Part shown: one piece after another, positions 29,311 to 42,510 of the stretch
Numbering within the stretch: the first letter of the stretch is position 1
Layout of the letters: each line of letters begins with the position of its first letter
Assembly (NCBI RefSeq): GCF_009914755.1
Contig: NC_060928.1
Source: the human T2T-CHM13v2.0 reference genome, Homo sapiens
DNA: 64,000 nt
Reading direction: 5' to 3' (one strand)
The notes under the pieces: generated by a model
Database searches by the model: none
What the model was told of the DNA's origin: nothing
The model's input: only the letters and a program-made list of their open reading frames with translations
Program-made: the position numbers and the translations under genes

Positions 29311-30525
29311 TTTAAATTGGAAAGAGAAGCAAGTCAGAAGGTTATCAAAATAGTCCAAACAAAAGAAGATAGTGGCTTGGGCACAGTGCTGTCTATGGAG
29401 GTGGTCAGTCAATATAACGCTGGCTTGGAGAACACAGTTTATAAATATTTACTTGAAAGAAAACGGATAAATAAGTAAATGAATAAATTGAATACTTTAA
29501 TTTACTACAATGATAATTAAGGTAATTAAAAGACTCAAACTGAAATTCACCATGATTGTATTTATGTTAAAATATGTATATAAAATACGGTAAGTAAAAT
29601 ACAAAAGGGAACACAGTTATGTTAATTTTGTATTTGTGTTTTTCTAGTTAAAACTTTAAAATGACTAAAACATAAATTTCGCTTCTTAAAGTGTCATTAA
29701 GTCATAGGTTCATTTGGAAGAGAAAGCAAACCTAATCCTTCAGGTATAGGAAGCTTCCCAGGGACAGATAAACACTTAAATCCTATCTGATGAATAAAAC
29801 TCTATTCTTTTTTTGAACTTGAAAAAGACAAAGTCCTTAATCTTTTCCTTCCAAATCCTACTGCTTTATATATGCCACGTTTGCTAGATTGAAACTTTTG
29901 GTGGGTACATTAAGGACATTTTAATCCCCCTTTTTGTGAGATCAATGTAATCTTCCCCACTGCCTGCTTTATACATTAGGGGATTCTACGAACCAAGAGA
30001 AATTCAATAACAGTGGTGGCTGATGTGCTGGATAATTTAAAGATGCAGCCACCCGACAGCTGATTCTTCAGTGACTCCACTTCTACTGACAGAGGTAAAA
30101 GAAAATGCTGAAGTTGTCAGTCTGCTTCTATTTTTTATGAGCAAATTTTGTACTTTCTGGAGCTAGGGGATGGAGGTGCATTGCAGGGATGAACTTCATG
30201 TGCCAATCTGCAAAGCAATCCTTGCTGTCTCTTGTGATGGGAATAACACTTGTGTAGCATTTTTCACCTGAGTATGGCAGAGTACCTCATTAAAACGGAT
30301 TTATTAAACCTCCACGGCCCTCTGTAGAAGAGGAATGGTCAGCTGCTATTTCATCAAACGGGAAAACTGGGCAAAAATGGAGTCCCAGTGACTAGATTAT
30401 AGTGCCAAAAATTGGCAAACTTTATATGCTTTTTGCCCTGGTTTTAAAACTGGGGTCAACTCGGTCATGGGACATCTGATATTTTAAGCACTAATACACG
30501 TGCAGAAAAGGAAAAATGCTGTATG

Positions 30526-30761
30526 CAGGATTTCTCAATGTCAGCACTATTGATATTTTGGCCTAGATAAATCTTTATTATGGGGTAGTAATGGAGGCTA
30601 TTCTGTGCATTATAGGATATTTAACAGCATCCCCGGTTTCTACCTACTACATGCCAATAGTATCTCCCCCCTCCATTGTGATCACTAATAAACGTCTCTA
30701 GAGATTGCCAAATATCCTGTGGAGGGAAACCTGCTTGTCCCCACTCCACTGGGAGCTACTG
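30526..30761 (+). mobile_element. MER20 hAT MITE
   Basis: caggatttctcaa...cactattgatattttgg...tgtgcattataggatatttaacagcatcc...gattgccaaat; degenerate 8-bp TSD gctgtatg/gctttatg. Confidence 0.85.
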
Positions 30762-31674
30762 TGCTTTATGTAAGCTGAAAAAGAGGCCTAAAAATACATT
30801 CTGTTTTTGGATTCTGGAATTGGCACTTCACAGGAGTATCTAGTTTCATATATAGAATTTCCAGAGGTAAGATGCAAATATAAGCTTGAGTTAAATAAAA
30901 ATTATAATAAGACAGTGAGAAGATGTGGGTTCTAAGAAAGCTAACGAGTAGCAAGTAGTACTATATCAGAACAAGCAAGAAGACTTTAGTTTGAGTGATC
31001 CATCCATTTATCCAAAGTGGAAGAAAGCTGGCAAAAGGCAGGTGAGGTCTCAGGGTCTCACTGAGCAGACTGGGATACAGGGCAGTGTTTCAGGAAAGAA
31101 ACTGAGTACTGACTCTTGGCATGGAGTGAACCAACAGAGTAGGACAGAAGCTTTCCCCTGTCACTTCTAGACTGTGCTGGGTGATAACTTCTGAAGCCAA
31201 ATATACTCCACATAAACTGCTTTGGGAAGCGGGTGGTGCTGAAACATCTAGGGAAAGTCATCAATAATTATTGAGAGGAGTGATGAGAGTAGGGGTGACT
31301 ACTGATGGGGGCTTAATTCCCTTAATATATCACTGATTCATCGACAGACACTAATTTATCCCGAGCCTGCATTAAATCAATTCCTAAACTATAATTACTT
31401 GGAGAAGTAGTAATTTTTATACATTCAAGTATTATTTAACAGTTTTAAAAATAGCAACAGTAAGAAGCACTGCTGTCATCAATCTTGTCATCTAGTATTT
31501 GAAAGAAAGTCTTCCCTTTTGGGGCTGGAAATTCTTTTCAGACTCCGTGGTTAATTGTGAGTCTTCTTTTATAAGTACTAAGATTATTTTTCCCATAGTA
31601 AAATATGTTCAAACCAGCTTAGACTTTATATGAAGCATGGTAATTATTTCAATTCTCTCAATAATTAATTGACC

Positions 31675-33750
31675 CATTCATTCATCCATTCATTTATGCT
31701 GCCAGTTAAACTGCAAACATATTTTGTGCATGTATTGATGTTAGGCACACATCTAAAGATGGAACACACAAATGTAAATAATGTGGTCCTTGACCTCATG
31801 TAGATCATGGAATATTAAGGTTATGATTATTAATTGTGATAAGATAAATGAATGCCACTTGCAAATAGTATACATAGCCTTGACAATGTATTTTACTTAA
31901 CACTTGAAGCATTACTGTTGTTTCACCAGTAAATTCAGGAAAACCTGAATTTCACGACAGGAAGGTTAGAGCCAGTTGGGAATACAGATGTGTGGAAGAA
32001 TCTCATTATCAGAGAACAGGAACACCATTGAAACGAGCAGTGGGAGGGGAAAAGTGGGCAGGGGCCAGTTTGTTAATATCTTGCTTTCGGACATTAAGGG
32101 ATGAAGGCTTTGACTTGTCAGCAAAGGACTTTTAAAGCAGTGAAGTGACTTGGGCAGGTTCGTATTGTGGAAAGATCACTCCAGACATTGTGGAAGATTT
32201 ATTAGACTTGAGAGAGATTAGTGGCAGTGAGACCAAGGAAGACCAATCAGCAGACTACTGCAGTTGTCCGTGTGACACATGATGAAGGCCTGAGCTGAAG
32301 CAGCGACAATGAGATAGAGAAAATAGAACTGGTCTGAGATATGTTTCAGTGGTAGAAGTGAATGGATTTGGTAATTGGTTTGATTGCATGTAAAGATGTT
32401 GAAAAAGGAGGCATCAAGGGCTGGTGTTCACTGAGTTTGACATTAGGTCAACATGGTGTGCCCCGGAACATTTTGTCATTGGCATTAACCTCAAACCATG
32501 GACACTCTTTTGCCATTATAAATCACTCATGATTTTCCTGGGTATTTTTCTTCCTGGTCTGCTACAATCCTTTTTATAGTTTTCGGCTATCCATTCTTAA
32601 CTTCGCCTCCAATTTCAGTGCCACACGAGAACTTTCACTTTCTTACCTTTGACTCACGACATTCTTTTTGGTTTTCTCCAGCCTCTTTTTTTCCTCTTTA
32701 CTATCTAGAGATAGGACAACTGATTTCTCCCTAGCTTCCTGGACTCAACTTTTAACACAGATATATACTCAAAGAGAGTTATGACAAGTCTTGGATAACT
32801 GGATTAACAGAAGGAATATCCAGTTGCAGATGTTAGTACTGGTTACAGATTTTTCTGAGAGCTCAAGAATCAGTACAGGGCAAAATGCCAATATGCAAAT
32901 ATGACTGTTGTCAAGTTTTACATTTAGCCATTGAAGTCATGAGAAGGAATGCAATCACTTGAGAGAGAAATGTGTTAAATGAGAGAAGATCAAGAATAAA
33001 TATTAGGAAACACAGCATTTTAGGACTGAGAAATGTAGGTTAAAATGAAGGAAAATGAGCAAATTGGTAATAAAGTTAGAAAGAGGATTATATACTAAAG
33101 TCGCAAAGAGAAAAATTCTTACGAAGACAACAGTGGCAAACACCTTTGAGAAAAGAAGCAAGATAATGAATTTAAAATGTCAGCCAGATTGTGAAATTAA
33201 GAAGTGTTCAGTGATAAGATCAAAATCATTTTATTATGTGATAAAGGCAAAAGTCCTATCTGTGGATTAAGAAAGGAATGGTAAGTGAGACTGTGAAGGA
33301 AATAAATATAACTTGGTTTTTTGAGGGCATAGGAAGTTAAGTAAATTGCAGAGCTAGGGTTAGGCTCTGGGAGGAATATATGACCAAAAAAATCTTTAAA
33401 TGGAAAAGAATGAATATATAAATATTCAGAGAAGAAAAGTACAAAGTCCAAGAAAAAGGAAGTATCATCAGTCAAGCAGTGTCCCAGATGGGGCAGGAGG
33501 GGAATGAGATCATTATTACAGACGGAGCTGTCAGTCTTGAAAGTGAAATGGAACATTTCTTCTTTCGAGACATAAGAAAAAGAAGAAAGAATAGATGTGG
33601 AATAATAGATAGGTAGGTTGATAGGTAGATAGATGAGTTTGGAGGTGGTAGGAGATAAGTTGATGGATTTCATATTTCATAGCCTTTAGATTCTTAGGGG
33701 AGCATAAAGTATGGTATTTGCTAGAATTGTGAGAAGCAGACTAAGGTGAG
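31675..33750 (-). mobile_element. Fragmented L2 LINE
   Basis: (ATTC)n-type L2 end at 31675 followed by diverged L2-like motifs (ttttaaagcagtgaagtgac, gaaagatcactcc). Confidence 0.5.
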
Positions 33751-36676
33751 CTTATAAAAATACAAAAAAAAGAACTTAGAATAACTAAAAGAAGAGATAT
33801 TACCTTATGCAATCATCACAAATTCTTGTGTGGTAGAAATTATTTTCATTATATTGAAGAGGAAACTAAAACTAAGAAATCATGTGCCTTGTAAAAAGGT
33901 CACAAGTTCCAAATGGCAGAAGTGGGATTTTAATCTATACATGTCTCATTTTATATTCAGTGCTCTTTCAACCAAATTGTGCTAAGTAAGGATTGGAAAA
34001 CATTTAAAATCATTGACCAGTGGGTTTAGAGGGAGTAGGGAAAGCAGGTAAAGCACAGATAGGGATTTTGAAGGAATACAATATAGAGGCTCAAGGAAAT
34101 GTATAGTTGAACATCATTAAATGATATAATTGGTGCATTTGGAGAATAGCTATAGGGCATGTAGAAAACAGAAGCCTGTAGCCAGAAAGTGGGATCAGGA
34201 GGTTGAGATTTCAAAGACAAAGAACACCCAACTGATAGAGATCCTGATAAGAGAAGTGCTAAGAGTCTCTTCTTAAAGTAAAAGTGACTACTTTTAATTC
34301 CAAAGGTCAGGGCACAATGATTTTGAGGCACTGATTGAGTTAATCAGCTAACTATGTCAAAGCTGAAATGCTCCTAATGATGCAAAGACTTAGGTTGGCA
34401 AAGAAGAGGATGACCTTTATAAATGAAGTTTCAGAGAAACAAGAGCACAGATCTCCACTCTGTCAGTTTTAGATCTTTGGAAAGTTTATCTTCCTCTTTA
34501 AGCATTGAGAAATGAGAGGGTCAAGAAGAGTAGAGCAGAAGGGATTTATTTTATGGTTTGTTTTTAACAAATTTCTATTCCCAGTTAATCTTTCATTAAA
34601 CATTTACAAAATTTAACTTTTTTGTAATCCTTTAAACTGTTCTGTCTAAACTTGTACACATTTTTTAGCATTAATAAGTGATTTATAAATCTCTCTTTAT
34701 TTCACATCCAGTAACAATGACAAAATCAGTATTGCTTACTTCAGTGGAAAATTGGAAAATCTTCTCATTCTGTTTTCTTGCTCACTGCCCCCCACTCCAT
34801 GTTTATGGTACAGAATGATAGAATCGATTAACCCTGCTCAATTTATAGTGCTGCATAACTAACCAAAACTGCTTTTTTAAGTCAGTTATGCTCATGTCCC
34901 GATATGCCATAGATAAGTGATTTTACTACAGGAGATTTAGGCTAAGTCAAATTACTGAGAGAAATAAAATCTCTGCACTTTTAATTATGGCACTTATGAT
35001 TATTAGTAAAGATGATTTCTCTAGTGGGTGCCAAAGATATGAAAAGCATTTATATTTTTTATTTAACAGAATCAGAAAAGGACAATGCTTAAACCAATTA
35101 CAAAAGTCCAGAGTGGCCCTAAACAGAGCTTCCTGTATAGTAGAAGAATGAGCCTTAAGTATGTGTCTGATGTAGCCAATGACCAAGATCAGTTGGCTAC
35201 CTCACACTGTCTGCCACTGTTTCAGGGCCAGCACACACTACTTTGACATAGTCATGTTTTTCTTCATCATTATCTGTTAGACTTTTCTGGAGTTAGCTCC
35301 TCCCAGATAAACTAATATTACAGTAATATATGAAATAGAATATTACAAATTTATTTGGAAAGTGGCATATATAGGAGCAAAGTCTTATCTTTTATAATCA
35401 GGGAACACATTAATAGATACATTAATAACATCTTTCCTTAGGAAAGAGAATGTTCTTAATCTCTAATCTATTAGTAATACTGACGTATGCCCTTCAAGAT
35501 CATCTTGTTCTTTATATTTGCTCTTTTTTCCCCTTGATTTTATTTAATGTATTTTCCAAAAGTGCTATGGTGGAACATTTATATAGTCATTTTTAAAAAC
35601 ACTTCTTGTTCAGATTTTGTTTGATTTCTTTTGTGTTGCTAATGACTGGGTTGGATGAAAGCAAAGCGAATTGGAGAATTAATGAACAACATAAGGGGAA
35701 GTTTAGAGATTTCTAATTTTCCTTTTATATTATTGCATAGGCAATGGTAATAAAAATCAACAGTTTGGGTTGATAAATGTATAAAATACAGTTTCAAATT
35801 TAAACCCATATAACCATGGCGGAGTATTTTTGAGCACTGAAGGCGGGCAGTGTTAGTAATCAAGCCAGGACAGCAGGATCAATCCAAGACTATTCCAGTC
35901 AAACTGAATGTATGGTCACCCTGCTTTTGTGCCTTTTTCTTGATGTCATGTTATTTTATTGTTATTTATGAAGCTGACCTATCTGTTTTTGGTGGAGGGT
36001 GGATTGAAAACTACTAGAACATAGTGTCATTCCTTTCTGTATTACCTTGTATATCCTTCAGTGATGTGCAAATAACACACGTTCAATAGATCTTTTCCTA
36101 ATAAATGATGAATGTTTGAAATAGGTATCAGCATCCCCACTCCCCACAATGTGACCAATATGGCACATAGCAACTTCAGCCTCACATGGATAAGAGAGCA
36201 GCTTCTGACATCCTGTCTATTTCTGTTGTATAATAATCCTTTCGAAACCCTGATTACCCTCCAGAAACTTGTCCTAATTTTTTACCTCAAGCTCATCTAA
36301 CAATAATATTTCTATATCTTGTTATGTATAATTAGATATACATTCCACTTGACTTCCAGTTATAGAGTGTTTGAGGCCATGTCCCAATCCACTAGTTCAC
36401 GCACAGTCAAATCCTTGGTAATCACTGAAAAACATTTTCAGTGTCTTCTTTCAGGTATAACTGATTCAATTTACAGAGTTGAATTTTACAAGAAGAGAAA
36501 TGCTTATTTTTCAATTATGTAAGGATATTTCATAAAATTTTATAAATTTAAAAGAAAAAAATTATTATTACTTAGGTCAGCTAGCTCACTTTGGATGGGC
36601 AATCTAAGATCCTAAGAAATAAAATTACTTGTCCTATGTCAAATAGTAATGGACCAGAGACTTATGTCAATACATC

Positions 36677-36733
36677 ATATATATATGATATATATATGAT
36701 ATATATATGATATATATATGATATATATATATG
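36677..36733. repeat. (ATATATATATG)n tandem repeat, about 5 units
   Basis: Seen directly. Confidence 0.9.
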
Positions 36734-36944
36734 ATTAATATCTGAACAAGCAGTGTTTTTAAAAATGATTATGTAAGTGGTCCACTATAGCACTTTTGGA
36801 AAATACATTAAATAAAATCAAGGGGAAAAAAGAGCAAATATAAAGAATAAGATTAATATTATATATATAAAATCAACCTGTATATATGCATTGTAAAGAT
36901 TTCCTAATTGAAAAAGATAAAAGAATCTTTTTGGAAAGTGTCTC

Positions 36945-37395
36945 ACCTACAATGACCAAAAGTTTGATTACAGTGATTTAAGCAAATAAAAACTTATGTT
37001 CCTTAGACAGATGAAACTCTGAATGTTAGTGGTATCGTGATGGTGCAGGAACTTTAAAACATTAGCATCTCAGGCTCCTACTGTCTTTCTGCTCCACCAT
37101 TCCTAGCCTGTGATTTTATCCTCATTGTTCCTTCATACTTTCAGGTTTCCACATAAATTTCAGGCTGGAAGAAGAAGGAAAGTATAAGAAGGAAAGGTAG
37201 CACCTGTATTTGAAAGTCAAAGCATTTCCAGAAGTCTCTAGGAGGCTTCTACTTTAATCTCATTTACCGTGCAATGAAAGGAAGGAACGTGCATGCATTT
37301 TTTTTCTGACACATTGCCACTCAAAACAAAAACAAACACTGTCCTAATGAAAAGTGGAAGTGGATGTTGAGTAGGCATCTAGCAGTGTCTGCTGC
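36945..37395 (-). mobile_element. Old MLT1-like LTR
   Basis: tctttctgctccaccattcctagc; gatgttgagtaggcatctagcagtgtctgc end. Confidence 0.45.
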
Positions 37396-38467
37396 AATTG
37401 ACTTAAATAGGAAGAAAATTTATGAAACTATTTTATCATTCCTGAGTATCAGTGAAGTCAGATACAAACCTTGGGACCAGAAGTACACCCAAGCAAAGCT
37501 CAAGATCATTTTGCCACAAACATCATTCACAATACTTGACACCAACATCTCAATATGTAATTACTTGATACTGTCTACTCTACATCTGCTTTCCTTAAGG
37601 AGCTAGACTCCAGCATGTTTGACCTGCAACTAATTTTTCCTGAAGCATGTTTTTTCCACATAGATTACCTGCAAAACTTATCCTGCTGGTTTAATCTAAT
37701 GAATTTAGTCAAATCAAAACTGATTGCTAATGACTGAAGATAATCTGAAGCTATCTTGATATGTTACCACTTTTGCTGATATTTATATATCAGAAGTTCC
37801 TTCTGTGTTTTATGCAATAGTTTATTAATGTGAAGAGTTTAGATCCCACTGCAATGCGTGAATGATATTTTAAGAAACAGAGCCTTTTCTGAAGTCCCTA
37901 AAGCACATTAAGTAGGGAGTTAATCTTGGTTATGTGACTTATCATATGGAGCGAGCACATGGTTTTAGGTTTTGGAGCCATAAGTTTCAGATGAACATTC
38001 AGACACTGCAACTCCTGTAACATGACCTTAGCCAAGTGTCTTAAACCAGTTTCCCAGGTAAATGAAGGAAAGTAAGTCCTTTTTCAAAATATTGTTTTGA
38101 AAGTAACAACTATGTATGTGAAGACACTATCATAAACTGTTAAGGGCCACATGTCATATACCTTGCTAGATTTCAGTAAAAGATAGAAGGGAAACAAGTT
38201 ACAAAATAGGTGCTCAACTTCCTTTGAAAGACAGATCTGTCAGGGCTTTGAGCTTCATTTTAAACACTTGTATGCGTTCCTCAGCTGTATCAGCTGAAGC
38301 CGTTTAACATTTCTGGTCTTTGACTTCCTCATTAGTATGGCATAGAGATAGAATTACTTGCTTCTTGTCATCACAAGAAAGATGTAGTAAAAACAGATGA
38401 TTAAGAATAAAAAAAAAAATGGAAAATCTACTGGTATCCTAGGAGCTGCATAGAAAAGCGTGTTTAC

Positions 38468-39300
38468 AGGAGTGACATCAGCTAGACGGTAAAGTAGGAG
38501 GTATTAGCCTTTGTACCTCCCACAAAACAACAATTAGACAGCTTTCCAGAAACAAAAATAGTCCTTGGAGAGTTCAAGAATCCAATTAAGAATTTCCAAT
38601 AACACAGTGGAGTAAAGAAGGAAGAATAACTCGACAGAAAGAGTTGTTGGGGAGATTGGCATACCTGAGATATCTGGAGATGGCTAGAAACAAAGAAGAA
38701 ACGTGGGGGCTACCAGTATCAGCCAGGTCCTTGGTGCTATCACAGCCCCACAATAGCCATCGCTCCCTGCAGCTTTCGCAGTGGAGGCCCCTCAGTGTTT
38801 GTTGGCATGGACACCAGCACACACTGGCCACTTTCACCACTGAGGTAAGCCAACAGCTATTGATGCTGCAGACCTCCCGCAGGGGGGAAAGTCGCTGAGC
38901 CCTATTCTCATTCCCTGCAGGAAGGAGCTGCTTTTTTTTGCCAGCCTGGGACTAGGGTTTCCACTCATCCCAGTCCCATGCTCCAGACCCCAGTTCTGAG
39001 ACTGAGTACCTGCACTGCGAAGGCCAGAACCACTACTGCAGTTTTAAGTTGAGTAAGTTCTGGGTATCTAATGTACAGCATGGTGACTGTAATTTTATAT
39101 ACGTCAAATTTGCTAAAAGAGTAAATCTTAGCATTCTTACCACAAAAAGGTAATTATGTGAAGTGATGGATATATTAATTAGCTTGATTGTGGTAATCAT
39201 TTCACAATGTATGTGTGTAGCAAAACATCATGTTTTACAACTTTCACATATTAAGTTTTTATTTGTTAATTATACCTTAATCAAGCTAGGAGGAAACAAA
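38468..39300 (+). mobile_element. Old L1MA-type element: 5'UTR-like segment joined directly to an L1MA9-like 3' end
   Basis: 38468-39041 resembles an L1M 5' end (ggagtgacatcagc.aga.gg...tagg); 39042-39300 matches the recalled L1MA9 3'UTR (taagttctgg...tacagcatggtgact...ttagcttgattgtggtaatcatttcaca). Confidence 0.6.
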
Positions 39301-39707
39301 ATATGTTCTCTGTGGTAGGAGAAGAGCACAAAGCCCCAGAGAACAGAATCAAACATACTTGGTTAAATTGTAGAGATCAAGAATACACAGTGGAAAAAAA
39401 AAATGAAGTGAGATATTGGAAAAGGAAAAACTAGATCCCAAAAGGTCAGAATCAGTGGCTATAATATCAGACCAATGAAAGGGGCAGTAGAGCAGACCAA
39501 CAACCCCGTCCTGTATATTGTAGCCATGAGTTTCCCTAACTCATTAAATAAATCTTGTATGTAACTTTCATTTGGCTGCATTCAGCTGAAGGTAACAGAC
39601 AAAAAAAAATAGTCTGTCTTTGCTGTCTCATACAGTCCTCTTTTGATGGCCTTTTATATTTTCTCCCTCACGGTCAATATAACTAATTCATAAAATAGTG
39701 GTATTTC

Positions 39708-40402
39708 CTTCTTTTTTTTTTTTGAAAATAAATTTGTATTTATTGAAATCCCTTGCTCACAACTGATCAAAAATGATAAAAGATGAAACCAATAATAGTT
39801 ATTACAATTGAGTGTTATATGCAAAATAATAAGCTAACTTTTTTTTATTATACTTTAAGTTCTAGGGTACATGTGCACAATGTGCAGGTTTGTTACATAC
39901 GTATACATGTGCCATGTTGGTGTGCTGCACCCATTAACTCGTCATTTACATTAGGTATATCTCCTAATGCTATCCCTCCCCCATCCCCCCACCCCACAAC
40001 AGGCCCTGGTGTGTGATGTTCCCCTTCCTGTGTCCAAGTGTTCTCATTGTTCAATTCCCACCTGTGAGTGAGAACATACGGTGTTTGGTTTTTTGTCCTT
40101 GTGATAGTTTGCTGAGTATGATGGTTTCCAGCTTCATCCATGTCCTTACGAAGGACATGAACTCATCCTTTTTTATGGCTGCATAGTATTCCATGGTGTA
40201 TATGTGCCACATTTTCTTAATCCAATCTATCATTGATGGACATTGGGTTGGTTCCAAGTCTTTGCTATTGTGAGTAGTGCCACAGTAAACATACATGTGC
40301 ATGTGTCTTTATAGCAGCATGACTTATAATCCTTTGGGTATATACCCAGTAATGGGATGGCTGGGTCAGATGGTATTTCTAGTACTAGATCCCTGAGGAA
40401 TC
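39708..40402 (-). mobile_element. 5'-truncated L1PA5-like insertion with a 115-bp 3' transduction
   Basis: L1 3' end at 39839-40402; non-L1 segment 39724-39838; second T-tract 39712-39723; 16-bp TSD aaaatagtggtatttc at 39692-39707 and 40403-40418. Confidence 0.92.
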
Positions 40403-40829
40403 AAAATAGTGGTATTTCTTAAGGGCAATGTAGTCAGTGGAGGGGGAGGCAGAGTTTTCTCATGCTGTCATCTTGCCAGACATTTAAGCTTCTATTGTGT
40501 TCTACATCTCATTTACCACAATTTTAGGACCTCCATGTCTTTGGATTCTCTTTCTCCTGCTCTGTATGTATCAGATCAAAATCTGATCTTTTATGACCCT
40601 AGCATGATCTCACATCCTTGTGTAGGTGACCCAACCCAGGAGATCCTTTGTCTTATGTTATGACAAACAGTAGATAGGAATGGGATTGTTTCTATTGATT
40701 TGAGAGGACTACAGTGTTGGAATTTGAATATGAGCTCTCTGATGTTTTTATACTCTTTTGATCTTTGCCTACTGTATATCTGATGCTGCATGAAATTCGT
40801 TAAATATATTTTCAAATTTTGATTACAAT

Positions 40830-40990
40830 TCTATAATGTAGATATTGTCTTTTTGCAGATGAGGAAGCTGAGACTCTGAAGAGAATAAGTAATTTGCCCA
40901 AAGTTCCACAAATAGTACATAGTGGAACTAGGTTTAAACCCAGTTTTGGTGAACCCAAAGTTTTTGTGGCTAACGACTACATTGTTTTGC
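40830..40990 (-). mobile_element. MIR
   Basis: tttgcagatgaggaagctgagactc...taagtaatttgcccaaag...ggtttaaacccag. Confidence 0.8.
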
Positions 40991-41137
40991 CTATTTTGAC
41001 ATTTAGAATACTTTTCTTATCCACCATCAACATTTTTTTAAAATTAAAGATTTCCAGGAGGGTGTTTCCAGTTTTCTTAGAGATAAACACCTCTTAATTT
41101 CTGGTAAAAGTACACCAACAAACAAAGACATAGGCAC

Positions 41138-41194
41138 ATAGGCAAATTCAGTCATCGATTCAGATTAGAAAATAGGCAAATTCAGTCATCGATT
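41138..41194. repeat. Perfect 23-bp direct repeat with an 11-bp spacer
   Basis: ataggcaaattcagtcatcgatt at 41138-41160 and 41172-41194. Confidence 0.9.
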
Positions 41195-42233
41195 GAGAGT
41201 AGGTAGACTTAGCTATAGATGCTACTAACAGCATTTTAGATGCATGCTAGTAAGAATCTAGAGTCATGAGAGACTGTCTTTTCACAGAATTCTGGTAGGA
41301 GGGCAGCTCATTGGCACAAGAGAGATGTGGTATTTACACTGTCCACTTGAAAAGGAGCATGGTAAAATTGCAAAGAAAAAGGCAGAGACTGAGAAAACAT
41401 TTCGGAAGTATTCTTCTGTTTGTTTTCATTTCATGAAAGAAAGTACTGTTCATGACACCAACAAAAAACTTTAAATTAGGGACCTGTGAATCTTTAATAT
41501 TCAGCAATCTATATGAGCCATTCCAAATGGCATTTAGTTATAAATAATCTTCCCAGGTTATGAATCCTCTCAACTGACTCAAGCCTGATGAAAATTACTG
41601 TTTAGATGTTGTGGCGACTGTCTAAGGCAGGGGATAAGGATTTCCCCACATTTTAACTCTATCATTGTTTCTAATTTTGACTTTTCAAGTATCCCCGGAA
41701 GAGCTTTGACTGTCCCCTGAGGTACAGAGGCTGGTGGTTTGATTAACTGCTTTGACAAAGTATATGAAAAAGCAGGAGGTAAACTGCTCCCTGCCATGCC
41801 CCAGAAGCGGTTTGCATCCTATTTGAGGCTACTTGACTCCACTTGTGAAACAGATGCTCAAAAAGGTTTCCTCAGCCTGTGATATTTCAGAAGCTATAGA
41901 ACCTTTGAAAACTGGTATATCATTAACAGGTGAGATTTGTTCAAGTTACTCAATTCTCCTACTCTACCCAGCTTAATTGGCATGTCAGTCTATGGATCCA
42001 TCCTGTGATAAAAGGTCAAATGTCTTCTGATTCTCCCAGTCTGACTGGTGAGTTTTAAGGGGCTATGGAGTTGCTTATAGAAAATGAGGCCATTCAGTGA
42101 ACCTTGCTATTGAACTTGACAAAGAAGCAGACTGAGCGTAGGAAGGAGTATTTCCACATGCATTATTCTAGTTGTCAGACACATCTATCAAAAGATAATT
42201 GGAGGACATGTGGGGCCACTGGCTAATGCAACA

Positions 42234-42347
42234 CCTTTTTCTTTTTTCTTTTTTTCCTTCCTTACTTCCTTTGTTCCTTCCTTCCTTCCTTCTTACCTCT
42301 TTCTTTCTTTGTTCCTTCCTTCCTTCCATATCTCTTTCTTCTTTCTT

Positions 42348-42389
<42 letters not shown>

Positions 42390-42510
42390 TCTTCTTTCTT
42401 TCTTTCTTCTCTCTCTTCCTCCCTTCCTCCCTTCCTTCTTTCCTTTCTCTCCTTCCTTCCCTCCCTCCCTCCCTCCCTTCCTTCCTTCCTTTTTCCTTCC
42501 TTTTTTCTCT
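42234..42510. repeat. Polypyrimidine (TTCC/TTTC/CCCT)n tract
   Basis: Seen directly; explains ORFs 42199-42617. Confidence 0.95.

Noticed and set aside
30015-30053. ggtggctg...cagccacc hairpin as a possible small RNA
   Set aside because: Only an 8-bp stem, expected by chance in 64 kb; no miRNA, snoRNA or tRNA features.
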